Positions 36,972 to 46,536 of a stretch of DNA of 64,000 nt are shown piece by piece. Both the position numbers and the translations under genes were made by a program. Each line of letters starts with the position of its first letter. The first letter of the stretch is position 1. The notes below the pieces were generated by a model that was not told the DNA's origin, made no database searches, and was given only the letters and a program-made list of their open reading frames with translations. The stretch comes from an uncultured Spirochaetales bacterium (GTDB taxonomy: Bacteria > Spirochaetota > Spirochaetia > DSM-27196 > DATKUC01): positions 40,802 through 104,801 of the forward strand of contig CAZNYW010000003.1 of assembly GCA_964577375.1 (NCBI GenBank), in the 5' to 3' direction.

Positions 36972-37736
36972 ATGAAGTCGCTCGCCTCCTGGAACGTCAA
37001 TGGAATCCGCGCAGCTGCCGGAAAGGGGCTGTTTTCCTGGATCAGGGAGAGTGGTCACGACATCGTCTGCCTGCAGGAGACCAAGGCGCAACCGGACCAG
37101 CTGACGGAGGAGTTTCTCGATTTTCCCGGCTACCATGCCTTCTGGGCGTCGGCAGAAAAAAAGGGCTACAGCGGCGTTGCAGTCTACTCGCGCGAAAAGC
37201 CGCTCTCAATCGCGACACTTGGTGTCGGCGAATTCGATTCAGAAGGGCGCGCGCAAATCCTCGAGTATCCGGCCTTCGTACTTATTAATGCCTACTTCCC
37301 GAACAGCCAGGAAGGAGGAGCTCGGCTTGACTACAAGCTGGGATTCTGCGAGACCCTCCGCGAAAGGTGCGATCAGCTGGTAAACGAGGGAAAACACGTC
37401 GTAATCTGCGGTGACTTCAATATCGCGCACAAACCAATCGACCTGGAAAACCCTCGGGCGAACGAGATGAATCCGGGATATCTTCCTGAAGAGAGGGCGT
37501 GGATGGACAGGTTCAGCGAGGCCGGCTACGTGGACGGTTTTCGTCGGTTCTGCGCCGAGCCGCGTCGCTACACGTGGTGGTCCTACCGTCTTGCCGCCCG
37601 TCCGAAAAACGTAGGGTGGAGACTGGACTACCACTGGTTCGACCGCGGGCTGGACTACCTGGTGAAAAGCGCTGCAATCCATGCGGACGTCATGGGCTCC
37701 GACCACTGCCCGGTCAGCCTGACGGTGGATGTTTAG
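36972..37736 (+). CDS. xthA: exodeoxyribonuclease III
   Basis: SWNVNGIRAA...DIVCLQETK...GDFNIAH...SDHCPV motifs. I place the start at MKSLASW. Confidence 0.9.
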   Translation: MKSLASWNVNGIRAAAGKGLFSWIRESGHDIVCLQETKAQPDQLTEEFLDFPGYHAFWASAEKKGYSGVAVYSREKPLSIATLGVGEFDSEGRAQILEYPAFVLINAYFPNSQEGGARLDYKLGFCETLRERCDQLVNEGKHVVICGDFNIAHKPIDLENPRANEMNPGYLPEERAWMDRFSEAGYVDGFRRFCAEPRRYTWWSYRLAARPKNVGWRLDYHWFDRGLDYLVKSAAIHADVMGSDHCPVSLTVDV

Positions 37737-37754
37737 CGAAAGGAGTAATTGACG

Positions 37755-38363
37755 ATGGGAGATTCGCGCAACCAGGAATCGCCTCAGTTTCTTCGCGGGT
37801 ATTTTCTGATCTCCGAGGTCGAGCTGATGGACCCGAACTTCTTCCGCACAGTCGTGCTCCTTGTGAGCCATGACGACGAGGGGGCATTCGGGCTGGTGGT
37901 CAACCGGAAATCGGAGGTGACTCTGAAAGACCTCGTGGAGGGAGTCGACGACGGGGCGGCGGGAGATCTTCCCATCTACGTCGGCGGACCGGTCCAGCAG
38001 GAATATCTCTTCGTGATCCACTCCGGCCTTCCCGAAAGCGTGAGCTCCGGCCACGAGAGCGAAGCCGCAAGCGGCGTTATCTTCGAGCCGGCAACCGAAC
38101 CGCTCATCAGCTATCTCTCCGAAGAGTGGAGCGCATTGCCCGCCGAAGACCGGCCGAGGTTGCACCTGTATGCCGGCTACTCCGGGTGGGGAGGCGGGCA
38201 GCTGGAACGCGAGCTGGAGGAGGAGGCGTGGGTCGTCCTCAAGGCGAGCGGTGACATTGTTTTTCACCCGCACCCCGAACAGGGATGGAAGGACGCGCTG
38301 AGCAGGAAGGGTCCATTCTACAAGATCGTCGCGGAGACCGGATTCAAGCCTTCGATGAACTGA
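37755..38363 (+). CDS. YqgE/AlgH family protein (UPF0301)
   Basis: FFRTVVLLVSHDDEGAFGLVVNR...GGPV...GYSGWGGGQLE signature. ATG 9 nt after AAGGAG. Confidence 0.85.
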   Translation: MGDSRNQESPQFLRGYFLISEVELMDPNFFRTVVLLVSHDDEGAFGLVVNRKSEVTLKDLVEGVDDGAAGDLPIYVGGPVQQEYLFVIHSGLPESVSSGHESEAASGVIFEPATEPLISYLSEEWSALPAEDRPRLHLYAGYSGWGGGQLERELEEEAWVVLKASGDIVFHPHPEQGWKDALSRKGPFYKIVAETGFKPSMN

Positions 38364-38432
38364 CCGATGACGGTACAAGCAGGTGGCGGTGCTCGCCTTG
38401 ACTTTCGGATTGCCCCGGCATAATCTTACGGC

Positions 38433-39011
38433 ATGCGGCTGCGATACAATGCCCCGGTAACCCTTTCTTTTGCACTTCTGGCGGCTGTCGTTCTCGCAAT
38501 CGACCAGCTGACCGGCGGCACGCTCACAAAAAACTATTTCTCCATCGGACCAAGCCTCGACTGGGGCAACATTCTTCAGTGGCCGCGACTTGTGCTTTTC
38601 GTAGTCGGCCACGCGAACTGGAACCACCTCATCAGCAACTTCGCGTTCATACTGCTCCTGGGTCCCATCCTCGAGGAGAAGTACGGCTCGGGCCGTCTGT
38701 TCTTCATGATGTTTGTGACCGCGCTGGTAACGGGTCTGCTGAACGTTCTGTTTCTACCGACCGGTCTGCTCGGCGCAAGCGGTATTGTATTCATGATGAT
38801 TATCCTGGTGTCATTCACCAATATTCAGCGTGGTGATATTCCGCTCACCTTCATCTTCGTGATCATCCTCTATCTCGCCCGCGAGGTAGTCAACTCGCTG
38901 CATCAGGACAACATCTCACAGTTTGCGCACATCCTTGGCGGCATTATCGGAAGCGTGTTCGGCTTCATCCGTCCGCCGGAACGCAAACAGATCACCCAGC
39001 AGAACCCGTAG
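38433..39011 (+). CDS. rhomboid-family intramembrane serine protease
   Basis: HANWNHLISN, GASGIVF (catalytic Ser) and AHILGGIIG (catalytic His) motifs, with 6 TM helices. Confidence 0.85.
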   Translation: MRLRYNAPVTLSFALLAAVVLAIDQLTGGTLTKNYFSIGPSLDWGNILQWPRLVLFVVGHANWNHLISNFAFILLLGPILEEKYGSGRLFFMMFVTALVTGLLNVLFLPTGLLGASGIVFMMIILVSFTNIQRGDIPLTFIFVIILYLAREVVNSLHQDNISQFAHILGGIIGSVFGFIRPPERKQITQQNP

Positions 39012-39131
39012 CGGTCATCAATACCCGGATTTCTGCCTTCGTCCCGCCCGGCCGTGGTCGGTCACGAAGGGAGGTCCGCCCATCAGTCAACCCGGTAGTG
39101 GAAGTTCAATGCAAGAGAGGCAGAACGTCAG

Positions 39132-40208
39132 ATGTTAGAAAAGCTCAAGTCGCTCGAGGCGCGATACTCCGAGCTCGAAACGGCAATCCTCGATCCCGAC
39201 CTCCCCCGCGATCCCAGGCGATACAAGGAGGTCATGCAGGAGCACTCTCGGCTGTCGGAGCTGATGCACGAGTACGGCAACTACAAAAAGATAAACGAGG
39301 ACCTCGAATCCTCGCGCGCCCTCCTCGAGGAGGAGTCGGATCACGAGCTGCGCGAGCTGGCGCGCGAGGAGGTGCATCGTCTCGAAGCCGCCAGGGAGCG
39401 TTCCGAAGAGCAGCTGAAAGTGCTCCTGGTGCCGCGGGATCCGATGGACAGCAAGGACATCATCGTGGAAATCCGTGCCGGCACGGGCGGCGACGAGGCC
39501 GGGCTCTTTGCTGCGGATCTCTACCGCATGTATACCAGGTACGGAGAAGCGCGAAGGTGGAAGCAGGAGATCATAACGGCGAACGAGACTGAGATAGGGG
39601 GCTTCAAGGAGATCATCTTTTCGCTCTCCGGCAAGGACGTCTACGGTACCATGAAGTTCGAATCAGGCGGTCACCGGGTACAGAGGGTCCCTGAGACCGA
39701 ATCGGGCGGCCGCATCCACACCTCGGCGGTCACGGTAGCGGTTCTTCCGGAAGCCGAAGACACCGACATCCAGATCAATCCGGAGGAGCTTCGCGTCGAC
39801 GTCTACCGCTCGAGCGGCCCCGGCGGTCAGAGCGTAAACACCACCGACTCCGCCGTACGCATCACCCATCTTCCGACGGGAATGGTCGTCACTTGTCAGG
39901 ACGAGAAATCGCAGCATAAGAACCGGGCAAAAGCCCTTCGTGTCCTGAAAGCACGCCTCTTCGAGATGGAGGAGCAGCGCAAGGCAGATGAGCGGGCAAG
40001 CGCCCGGAAGAGCCAGATCGGCTCCGGAGATCGGTCCGAGCGTATCCGCACCTACAACTTCCCTCAGAACCGCATCACCGACCATCGCATCAATCTCACT
40101 CTGTACAAGCTCGATGCGGTGATGCAGGGCAATCTCGACGAACTTTTCGACGCTCTGAAGGTGTCCGCGCGCGAGCAGATCATGAAGGCGGAGAACGTCG
40201 GCGGTTAA
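39132..40208 (+). CDS. prfA: peptide chain release factor 1
   Basis: [20 protein letters not shown] (GGQ), with prmC immediately downstream. Confidence 0.95.
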   Translation: MLEKLKSLEARYSELETAILDPDLPRDPRRYKEVMQEHSRLSELMHEYGNYKKINEDLESSRALLEEESDHELRELAREEVHRLEAARERSEEQLKVLLVPRDPMDSKDIIVEIRAGTGGDEAGLFAADLYRMYTRYGEARRWKQEIITANETEIGGFKEIIFSLSGKDVYGTMKFESGGHRVQRVPETESGGRIHTSAVTVAVLPEAEDTDIQINPEELRVDVYRSSGPGGQSVNTTDSAVRITHLPTGMVVTCQDEKSQHKNRAKALRVLKARLFEMEEQRKADERASARKSQIGSGDRSERIRTYNFPQNRITDHRINLTLYKLDAVMQGNLDELFDALKVSAREQIMKAENVGG

Positions 40209-41080
40209 TGACCATCCGTGATGCGCTCATGGAGACCACAGCGACTCTCGGCTCGAACGGGGTAGAAACGCCCTACCTCGATGCGCTCATTCTGCTCTGC
40301 CATGCGCTCGACGTCTCCAAAGAACGGCTGTTGAGCGATCTTCGCGAGGAGCTCCCCGAGAAGGGCCTCCGGGCTTTCCGCGAATCGGTCGCGCAGCGGC
40401 TTGCCGGGCTGCCGGTTTCATACATTCGCGGCGTCAAGGAGTTTTACGGCCGGGAGTTCCTGGTCGACAGGCGAGTGCTCGTGCCGCGTCCCGACACCGA
40501 GCTGCTGGTGGAGACAGCTCTTGCCCTCGCCGACGCCAATCCGGCGATCCGCCGGATTCACGACTGCTGCACCGGAAGCGGCTGCATCGCCATCACGCTC
40601 CAGGCGGAACGGCCGCAGCTTTCGGTATCGGCGTCGGACATAAGCCCGGCGGCGCTCGAGGTCGCGGCTGCAAATGCCGCCCGCCTGCTCGACCCTCCGG
40701 AGACGAATGGTGGCCCCGCGCTTATGCTTGTCTGCAGCGATCTGCTCGATTCCGTAGACTGCGGATTCGATCTCATCACGGCGAACCCGCCCTATGTCAC
40801 CAGCGAGGAGTACGCGGCAATGCGGGAGCGGGGATGGCCCGAGCCGCAGAATGCGCTCGACGGCGGTGATGACGGCCTGGACCTGGTGCGGAGACTGGTC
40901 CCGTCGGCCATGGATTGTTTAGACCAAAACGGCTATCTTTGTGTCGAGACAGCAGATCCGCAAACAGACTCTGCCCGTACAATCATGGTAAACGCAGGAT
41001 TTGCCGATGTGGTAACACATAGGGACCTTGCAGGCAGGGGCCGGGTCACCGTGGGACGAAAGCCGGGTCAAGAGCTCTGA
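40208..41080 (+). CDS. prmC: release-factor glutamine N5-methyltransferase
   Basis: SAM motif DCCTGSGCI and catalytic NPPY. TAATG overlap with prfA. Confidence 0.9.
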   Translation: MTIRDALMETTATLGSNGVETPYLDALILLCHALDVSKERLLSDLREELPEKGLRAFRESVAQRLAGLPVSYIRGVKEFYGREFLVDRRVLVPRPDTELLVETALALADANPAIRRIHDCCTGSGCIAITLQAERPQLSVSASDISPAALEVAAANAARLLDPPETNGGPALMLVCSDLLDSVDCGFDLITANPPYVTSEEYAAMRERGWPEPQNALDGGDDGLDLVRRLVPSAMDCLDQNGYLCVETADPQTDSARTIMVNAGFADVVTHRDLAGRGRVTVGRKPGQEL

Positions 41081-41084
41081 GGCT

Positions 41085-43130
41085 ATGGTAGACTCTATCG
41101 AGAAATTCACAGCGAAGCTTGGCGACTATGAGGACCAGGAACGGGAACGGATTCTCGCCGCCTGCGCCCACGCCCAGACTCTGCACAAAGACCAGCTTCG
41201 CGACAGCGGCGAGCCCTATTTCATCCACCCGCTGCAGGTAGCCGAAATTCTCGTCGACATCAAAATGGACGCCCGTACCGTAGTGGCCGCCCTGCTTCAC
41301 GACGTCCTGGAAGACACGCTTGTCACCCGTCAGGACCTCCGGCGTGAATACGGCCGCGAGGTGGAGTCGCTGGTAAACGGGGTCACCAAAATCAACATCG
41401 TAAAGGCGAAAAACAAGAACGTGCAGGAGGCCGAGACCATCCGGAAAATGCTGTTCGCGATGGTCAAGGACATCCGTGTCATCCTGATAAAGCTCGCCGA
41501 CAAGCTGCACAATATGCGAACGCTTCAGTTCAAGACCGAGCCGCGCCGGAAAGCCATCGCGCAGGAGTGCCTCGACATCTACGCGCCGCTGGCCGGAAGG
41601 CTCGGTATTTCGGGCCTCAAGGATGAACTCGAAGACCTGTCGCTGAAACATTTGAACCACGAGGCATACGATCAGATCAAAGCGTTCGTCGCCCAGAAAC
41701 GCGGCGAGCGCGCGGAGTACCTCGACCGCGTCGAGAAGGCAATCTACGAGGCGGCAGCGTCGGAGAACATCGACGTGAAGGTAGAAACGCGCGCCAAACA
41801 TTTTTACTCCATCTACCAGAAGATGAAGCGGCGCAGCAAGGCCATCGACGAGATCTACGATCTGCTCGGGATCCGGGTTATGTGCAACAACCAGAACGAG
41901 TGCTACACCCTGCTTGGCCTGGTGCATCAACTGTGGATGCCTATAGAGGGCCGCTTCAAAGACTACATAGCGATGCCGAAGGCCAACAAATATCAGAGCC
42001 TGCATACGACCGTCATGTGTTACGGGGGGAAGCTCATCGAAATACAGATCCGAACCTACGACATGCATCACATCGCGGAGTACGGCATCGCCGCGCACTG
42101 GCTCTACAAACAACAGCTAAGCCCGGAAGGCGTGAAACCGGAAGATCTAGCCATCATCAACCGGGTCAAGAGCCTGAACGGCTTCAGGATTACATCGAAT
42201 GAGTTTCTCGACGAGATCAAACGCGAGCTCCTGAAAGACTCCATCTACGTGTTCACGCCCAAGGGAGATGCCATCGAGCTTCCCAAGGGTTCGACGCCGA
42301 TCGACTTCGCCTATCACATACATACAGAGATAGGCAATCACTGCGTCGGGGCCAAGGCGGACGGCATGATCGTCCCTCTCAGGGAGGAACTCAAGAACAC
42401 GCAGGTAATCGAGGTGATGACCTCACCCCAGGCACACCCCCACGTCAACTGGCTGCGGTTCGTGCGAACCACCCGTGCGCGGAGCAAGATTCGCACATGG
42501 CTCAACCGGCACGATGAGACCCTCATCATCGACCGCAACATTGTCGCCCGAAAGAAGACCGATCATCCTCACCACGATCTCAAGCCGGAACGGAAGCACG
42601 CCGGGCCGGAAACTGCACAGACCCACGTCGATCCGCAGCAGATCATGGACACCAGCAAGGTCGGGATCCGTATTGGAAACGAACGTAACATGATGATCCG
42701 GTTCGCGCAGTGCTGCCACCCGTCCACCGGCGACGATATTATCGGCTACGTCTCGCGCGGAAGAGGCATCATAGTGCACAGGCGGGGATGCAGCAATCTG
42801 AATTATATCGCGGACTTCAAAGAGAGAACGATCGAGGTGGAATGGGAGACCGTCTCTCCCAAGGCGACCCGGCGCTTCCGGGTAACGGCACGAAGGACCC
42901 TCGACCTGTTCTCCGAAATCGAGGGTGCGGTCCGGAAGTACAAAGGACATCTCATCGAGGGCAAGATCGAAGAGACCGATTCCGAGCACCTGCAGGCGGT
43001 CTTCACGATGGAGCTCGAGCGGCGGGAGGATTTCAAACGGGTGATGAAGAGCATTCGCGCGGTTCCCGTCGTGCTCAACATCGTCGAGTTCGGGCACCAG
43101 ACTACCGAACCTCTCAATCTCGGCATATAG
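41085..43130 (+). CDS. rel: bifunctional (p)ppGpp synthetase/hydrolase (RelA/SpoT homologue)
   Basis: HD domain (HPLQVAEIL...LHDVLEDT), synthetase domain (YKSLHTTV-like YQSLHTTV, IRT..MH), then TGS and ACT regions. I place the start at MVDSIEKF. Confidence 0.95.
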   Translation: MVDSIEKFTAKLGDYEDQERERILAACAHAQTLHKDQLRDSGEPYFIHPLQVAEILVDIKMDARTVVAALLHDVLEDTLVTRQDLRREYGREVESLVNGVTKINIVKAKNKNVQEAETIRKMLFAMVKDIRVILIKLADKLHNMRTLQFKTEPRRKAIAQECLDIYAPLAGRLGISGLKDELEDLSLKHLNHEAYDQIKAFVAQKRGERAEYLDRVEKAIYEAAASENIDVKVETRAKHFYSIYQKMKRRSKAIDEIYDLLGIRVMCNNQNECYTLLGLVHQLWMPIEGRFKDYIAMPKANKYQSLHTTVMCYGGKLIEIQIRTYDMHHIAEYGIAAHWLYKQQLSPEGVKPEDLAIINRVKSLNGFRITSNEFLDEIKRELLKDSIYVFTPKGDAIELPKGSTPIDFAYHIHTEIGNHCVGAKADGMIVPLREELKNTQVIEVMTSPQAHPHVNWLRFVRTTRARSKIRTWLNRHDETLIIDRNIVARKKTDHPHHDLKPERKHAGPETAQTHVDPQQIMDTSKVGIRIGNERNMMIRFAQCCHPSTGDDIIGYVSRGRGIIVHRRGCSNLNYIADFKERTIEVEWETVSPKATRRFRVTARRTLDLFSEIEGAVRKYKGHLIEGKIEETDSEHLQAVFTMELERREDFKRVMKSIRAVPVVLNIVEFGHQTTEPLNLGI

Positions 43131-43194
43131 GAAGAACGATCGCGTTGTCGTTGCCGGTCCCCTTGGTTACCTTTGTTGCTTAGGAGGCTCAGCA

Positions 43195-43695
43195 ATGGCT
43201 CAAATCACCCACAAAGGCAGTACCGTGCACACCGTTGGAGATCTTCCCGCAGTTGGCACCAGCGTTCCCGATTTCAAATTGACCGCTGCCGATATGACCG
43301 ATATTTCACTCTCAAGCTATCCGGGTAAGAAGAAGATCCTTAACATCGTTCCCAGCCTGGACACCAGGGTCTGCGCCGCCTCGGCGAGAAAGTTCAATCA
43401 GGAAATTGCGGGCCTCGACAACGTGGTCTGCCTGACGATAAGCAACGATCTGCCCTACGCGCAGAAGCGGTTCTGCGAGGCCGAGGGCGTGAACAACGTG
43501 GTCACCCTCTCACAGCTTCGCAACCGCGAGTTCGGCAAGGCTTACGGCGTAGAGTTGATCGACGGGCCGATGGCCGGTCTCCTGAGCCGGGCAGTAGTCG
43601 TTCTGGATGAAAACAACAAGGTGCTTTATACCGAGCAGGTGCCCGACATCGGTCAGGAGCCCAACTATGCAGACGCGCTGAAAGCTGCAAAATGA
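43195..43695 (+). CDS. tpx: thiol peroxidase
   Basis: ...IVPSLDTRVCAASARKFN... and ...SNDLPYAQKRFC... Tpx signature cysteines. Confidence 0.9.
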   Translation: MAQITHKGSTVHTVGDLPAVGTSVPDFKLTAADMTDISLSSYPGKKKILNIVPSLDTRVCAASARKFNQEIAGLDNVVCLTISNDLPYAQKRFCEAEGVNNVVTLSQLRNREFGKAYGVELIDGPMAGLLSRAVVVLDENNKVLYTEQVPDIGQEPNYADALKAAK

Positions 43696-43699
43696 TCGT

Positions 43700-44221
43700 T
43701 TGAATCTCAACATCGTTCTGGTCAATCCCGAAATTCCGCAGAACACCGGGAACGTCGCTCGGACCTGCGCCGCACTCGGCGCGACGCTCCACCTGGTGGA
43801 ACCGCTCGGCTTCTCGCTGGAGGACCGCTATCTGAGGCGCGCCGGGCTGGATTACTGGCACCTTCTGGAGGTGCGGGTGCATGCAGGGCTCGGGGAGGTC
43901 CTGGGCCGGTGCGACCGCGCCTCCCGCTTCTTCGCCTCCGCGCATGCGACCGAGGAATACACCCGGATCAGCTACCCCGATCCATGCTATCTTTTCTTCG
44001 GCCCCGAATCGAAGGGACTTCCCGGCGCGCTGCTGAACGGCGACGAAGGACAAGCGGTGCTCATCCCGGTGCGCGAAGGTGCGCGTTCACTCAACCTTTC
44101 AAACGCGGTGGCGGTGGTCGCCTACGAGGTGCACCGGCAGAACCGGTTTGAAGGACTGGGAAGGTCCGGTCTGCCGCCGGAGAGCGGCCGGAACAATTCT
44201 GGCGGTGAGGTGATGCGTTGA
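43700..44221 (+). CDS. trmL: tRNA (cytidine/uridine-2'-O)-methyltransferase TrmL (SpoU family)
   Basis: NIVLVNPEIPQNTGNVARTCAALGATLHLVEPLGF is near-colinear with E. coli TrmL as I remember it. TTG start. Confidence 0.88.
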   Translation: MNLNIVLVNPEIPQNTGNVARTCAALGATLHLVEPLGFSLEDRYLRRAGLDYWHLLEVRVHAGLGEVLGRCDRASRFFASAHATEEYTRISYPDPCYLFFGPESKGLPGALLNGDEGQAVLIPVREGARSLNLSNAVAVVAYEVHRQNRFEGLGRSGLPPESGRNNSGGEVMR

Positions 44222-45063
44222 TGAAAAGAATCGGAATAGTAGGTTTTGGGACGATGGGCGAGGCGATCGTGCGCGGACTGCGTGCGAAGGATCGGTCCAT
44301 CACGGCGTCGGTGGTCGAGAAGATGCCTGAACGAAGAGCGCGGGCGGCCGAGATTGAGGGGGTGACCGACCTTTCGGAGCGTCCCGATGAGCTTCGTGAC
44401 CGGTCGGACCTGATAGTGCTCGCCGTGAAGCCCCAGGACCTGGATAACGTGGTCGAATCGATCGGGCACATCCTTGCGGGAAACCGCATCGTCTCGATTC
44501 TTGCCGGCACCACGATAAACAGTCTGTTGACCCACCTGCCCGGCTGCAGTTTCGTCCGTTTCATGCCCAACCTCGCCGCTTCTCTCGGAAAGGCGGCCGT
44601 CGGCGTAGCGATGCCTCCGGACACGACTCCGCAGTTCCGCGCCGACGCGCTGACGGTGGCCGAAGCGATCGGCGTTCCCTTCGAAATTCCGGAACGTCTT
44701 CTTGCCGCCTTCACCGGGCTTTCAGGCTCGGGAATTGCCTATGTCTTTCAGTTCATTCACGCAATGAGCCTGGGGGGAACCCGGGCCGGCATCACCTATG
44801 AGCAGTCGCTCGAGATCACTGTCCAGGTGGTCGCGGGGGCGCTCTCGCTTCTCCGCGCCGACGCGGGATCTCCCGACGGCGGCGAAACCGGGACGGGCCA
44901 GCCTGCCGGCAGGCATCATCCGCAGGAGCTCCTGAGCAAGGTGATCTCGCCCGCCGGAACAACGATCGACGGCGTGCGGGCGCTCGAGCGCGGCGGCTTT
45001 ACAGCAAGCGTTATGGATGCGGTTGTGGCGGCGGCCAGGCGTGCCGACCGGCTCGAACAGTAG
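44221..45063 (+). CDS. proC: pyrroline-5-carboxylate reductase
   Basis: IGIVGFGTMGEAI Rossmann motif and the ...VISPAGTTIDGVRALE... signature. TGATG overlap with trmL. Confidence 0.9.
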   Translation: MKRIGIVGFGTMGEAIVRGLRAKDRSITASVVEKMPERRARAAEIEGVTDLSERPDELRDRSDLIVLAVKPQDLDNVVESIGHILAGNRIVSILAGTTINSLLTHLPGCSFVRFMPNLAASLGKAAVGVAMPPDTTPQFRADALTVAEAIGVPFEIPERLLAAFTGLSGSGIAYVFQFIHAMSLGGTRAGITYEQSLEITVQVVAGALSLLRADAGSPDGGETGTGQPAGRHHPQELLSKVISPAGTTIDGVRALERGGFTASVMDAVVAAARRADRLEQ

Positions 45064-45102
45064 TCTCCGCGAAGATCCAACCTGGCGGTGATGAAAGTCC
45101 GA

Positions 45103-45840
45103 TCACTCCGGCCGTGAGATCAGGTATCGCACCTCTCCCTCTTTTGTGAGCGGAATAATGGTGTCCCGGTAGAACTCCAGCACGGCATCCTCATCGATCC
45201 GTGTCCTGACAGCGCCGTTCACGTGAGCCTGAATGTATCGGACCTTGTCACGAACACGCCTGATGATGTTCTCCTCCACTTCAGGACGCGTCAGTTGAGC
45301 AACCAGGCGGCTGCGGTCGTCGGCCTCGATGAGGAGCCGATACCCCGGCGTGTTCGCCCTGTACTTCACCTCGGCAACGTACATCGCCCCGAAATGGATG
45401 CGCCGGGAGATGGCCTGGAGGGCGTGCACGTCGTGCTCGACGCTCGAGCCGAACTGCTCGTCGATTCCCTCCGCGCAGAAGCGACGGACGAAGGCGAGAT
45501 ATGCCGCCCGTATTTCGGAGGTAAGGTTTACCGCGTCGAAGTCAGAAAGCCGGAGGATGGTCGGGGGAAGGATTACCGTCCGGCGAGAGGCAGGAAGGTC
45601 TCGCGAGAAGGGGCGTTCTTCAGGAACGTGGAATCGGCCGAACTCGGCATCCATCGTCTCCTGCGAACGAAGGCGCAGCTCGAACAGGCTCTCGCGCGGA
45701 TCACCGGGAAACCCGCTCTTTCCCGGTTCGTATACCGGCAGATTCTGCACAAACTGAGCGCGGTCGATGAGCCGGTGAATGATGGTCTCTTCGAGGCCCT
45801 CGAGCTGCGCTGCAACATGGTCGAGCCGAATCGTCGTCAT
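45103..45840 (-). CDS. chorismate mutase, eukaryotic (yeast Aro7/plant) type, about 245 aa
   Basis: LQAISRRIHFGAMYVAEVKY and IIPLTKEGEVRYL align with yeast Aro7 LQSLSRRIHFGKFVAEAKF and VIPITKEVEVEYL (recalled from memory). The N-terminal LEGLEETIIHRLIDRAQF aligns with Aro7 LVRMEDSIIFKFIERSHF. Confidence 0.8.
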   Translation of the reverse strand: MTTIRLDHVAAQLEGLEETIIHRLIDRAQFVQNLPVYEPGKSGFPGDPRESLFELRLRSQETMDAEFGRFHVPEERPFSRDLPASRRTVILPPTILRLSDFDAVNLTSEIRAAYLAFVRRFCAEGIDEQFGSSVEHDVHALQAISRRIHFGAMYVAEVKYRANTPGYRLLIEADDRSRLVAQLTRPEVEENIIRRVRDKVRYIQAHVNGAVRTRIDEDAVLEFYRDTIIPLTKEGEVRYLISRPE

Positions 45841-45894
45841 TGGCGATATCCTACCTGAAACGGGGCCCCGCGTCTTCGCGTCCGCGGCCGGCTC

Positions 45895-46482
45895 TCAGCT
45901 TTCGACTTCTACCGCCGCCCTGCCTGCCTGCACGAACCGGATCCAGGAGGCAAAAGAGGCGACGAGCTCGGCAATTCGCGGCAGGTAGCTTCGATCGGTC
46001 AGATTACCGTCCTGGTCGAACTTCTCGTAGGCCGCCGGCACCATGAGCTCGGGGCCGATCATCACGAACATTTTCGTAAACACCGCGACCTGCCGCAGAT
46101 GGTACTGCGCTCTTGCGGCACCGAGTCGGCCTCCGGCACCCATCACCGCGACCGGCTTGCCTCGCAGCGGCGAGGTGTCGGGGGGCCGTGACGCCCAGTC
46201 GATTGCATTCTTGAACACGCCCGCGATCGAATAGTTGTATTCGGGGACCGCGAGGAGAAGCCCGTCGGCCGCCGCTATGCGTTCCTTGAAGTCACGGATT
46301 ACCTGCGGGTCACCCTCGATGCGCAGATCCTCGTTGTAGAGCGGTATCGGCGCAAGATCGTAGACCTCGATGTTCATCCCGGCCGGCTTGACCTCCTGCG
46401 CCGCACGGATCAGCCCCTTGTTGAAGGAACCCCGGCGTAGGCTTCCTGCTATGGCCAGGACCTGCAATTCACCGCTGCTCAT
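45895..46482 (-). CDS. NADPH-dependent FMN reductase family protein
   Basis: LAIAGSLRRGSFN...PEYNYSIAGVFKNAIDW motif. Confidence 0.85.
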   Translation of the reverse strand: MSSGELQVLAIAGSLRRGSFNKGLIRAAQEVKPAGMNIEVYDLAPIPLYNEDLRIEGDPQVIRDFKERIAAADGLLLAVPEYNYSIAGVFKNAIDWASRPPDTSPLRGKPVAVMGAGGRLGAARAQYHLRQVAVFTKMFVMIGPELMVPAAYEKFDQDGNLTDRSYLPRIAELVASFASWIRFVQAGRAAVEVES

Positions 46483-46536
46483 ATGCGTGAACTCCGCTGC
46501 TGCGTGTCCGGACCGGTCCCCGTGTCGGCAGACCCG

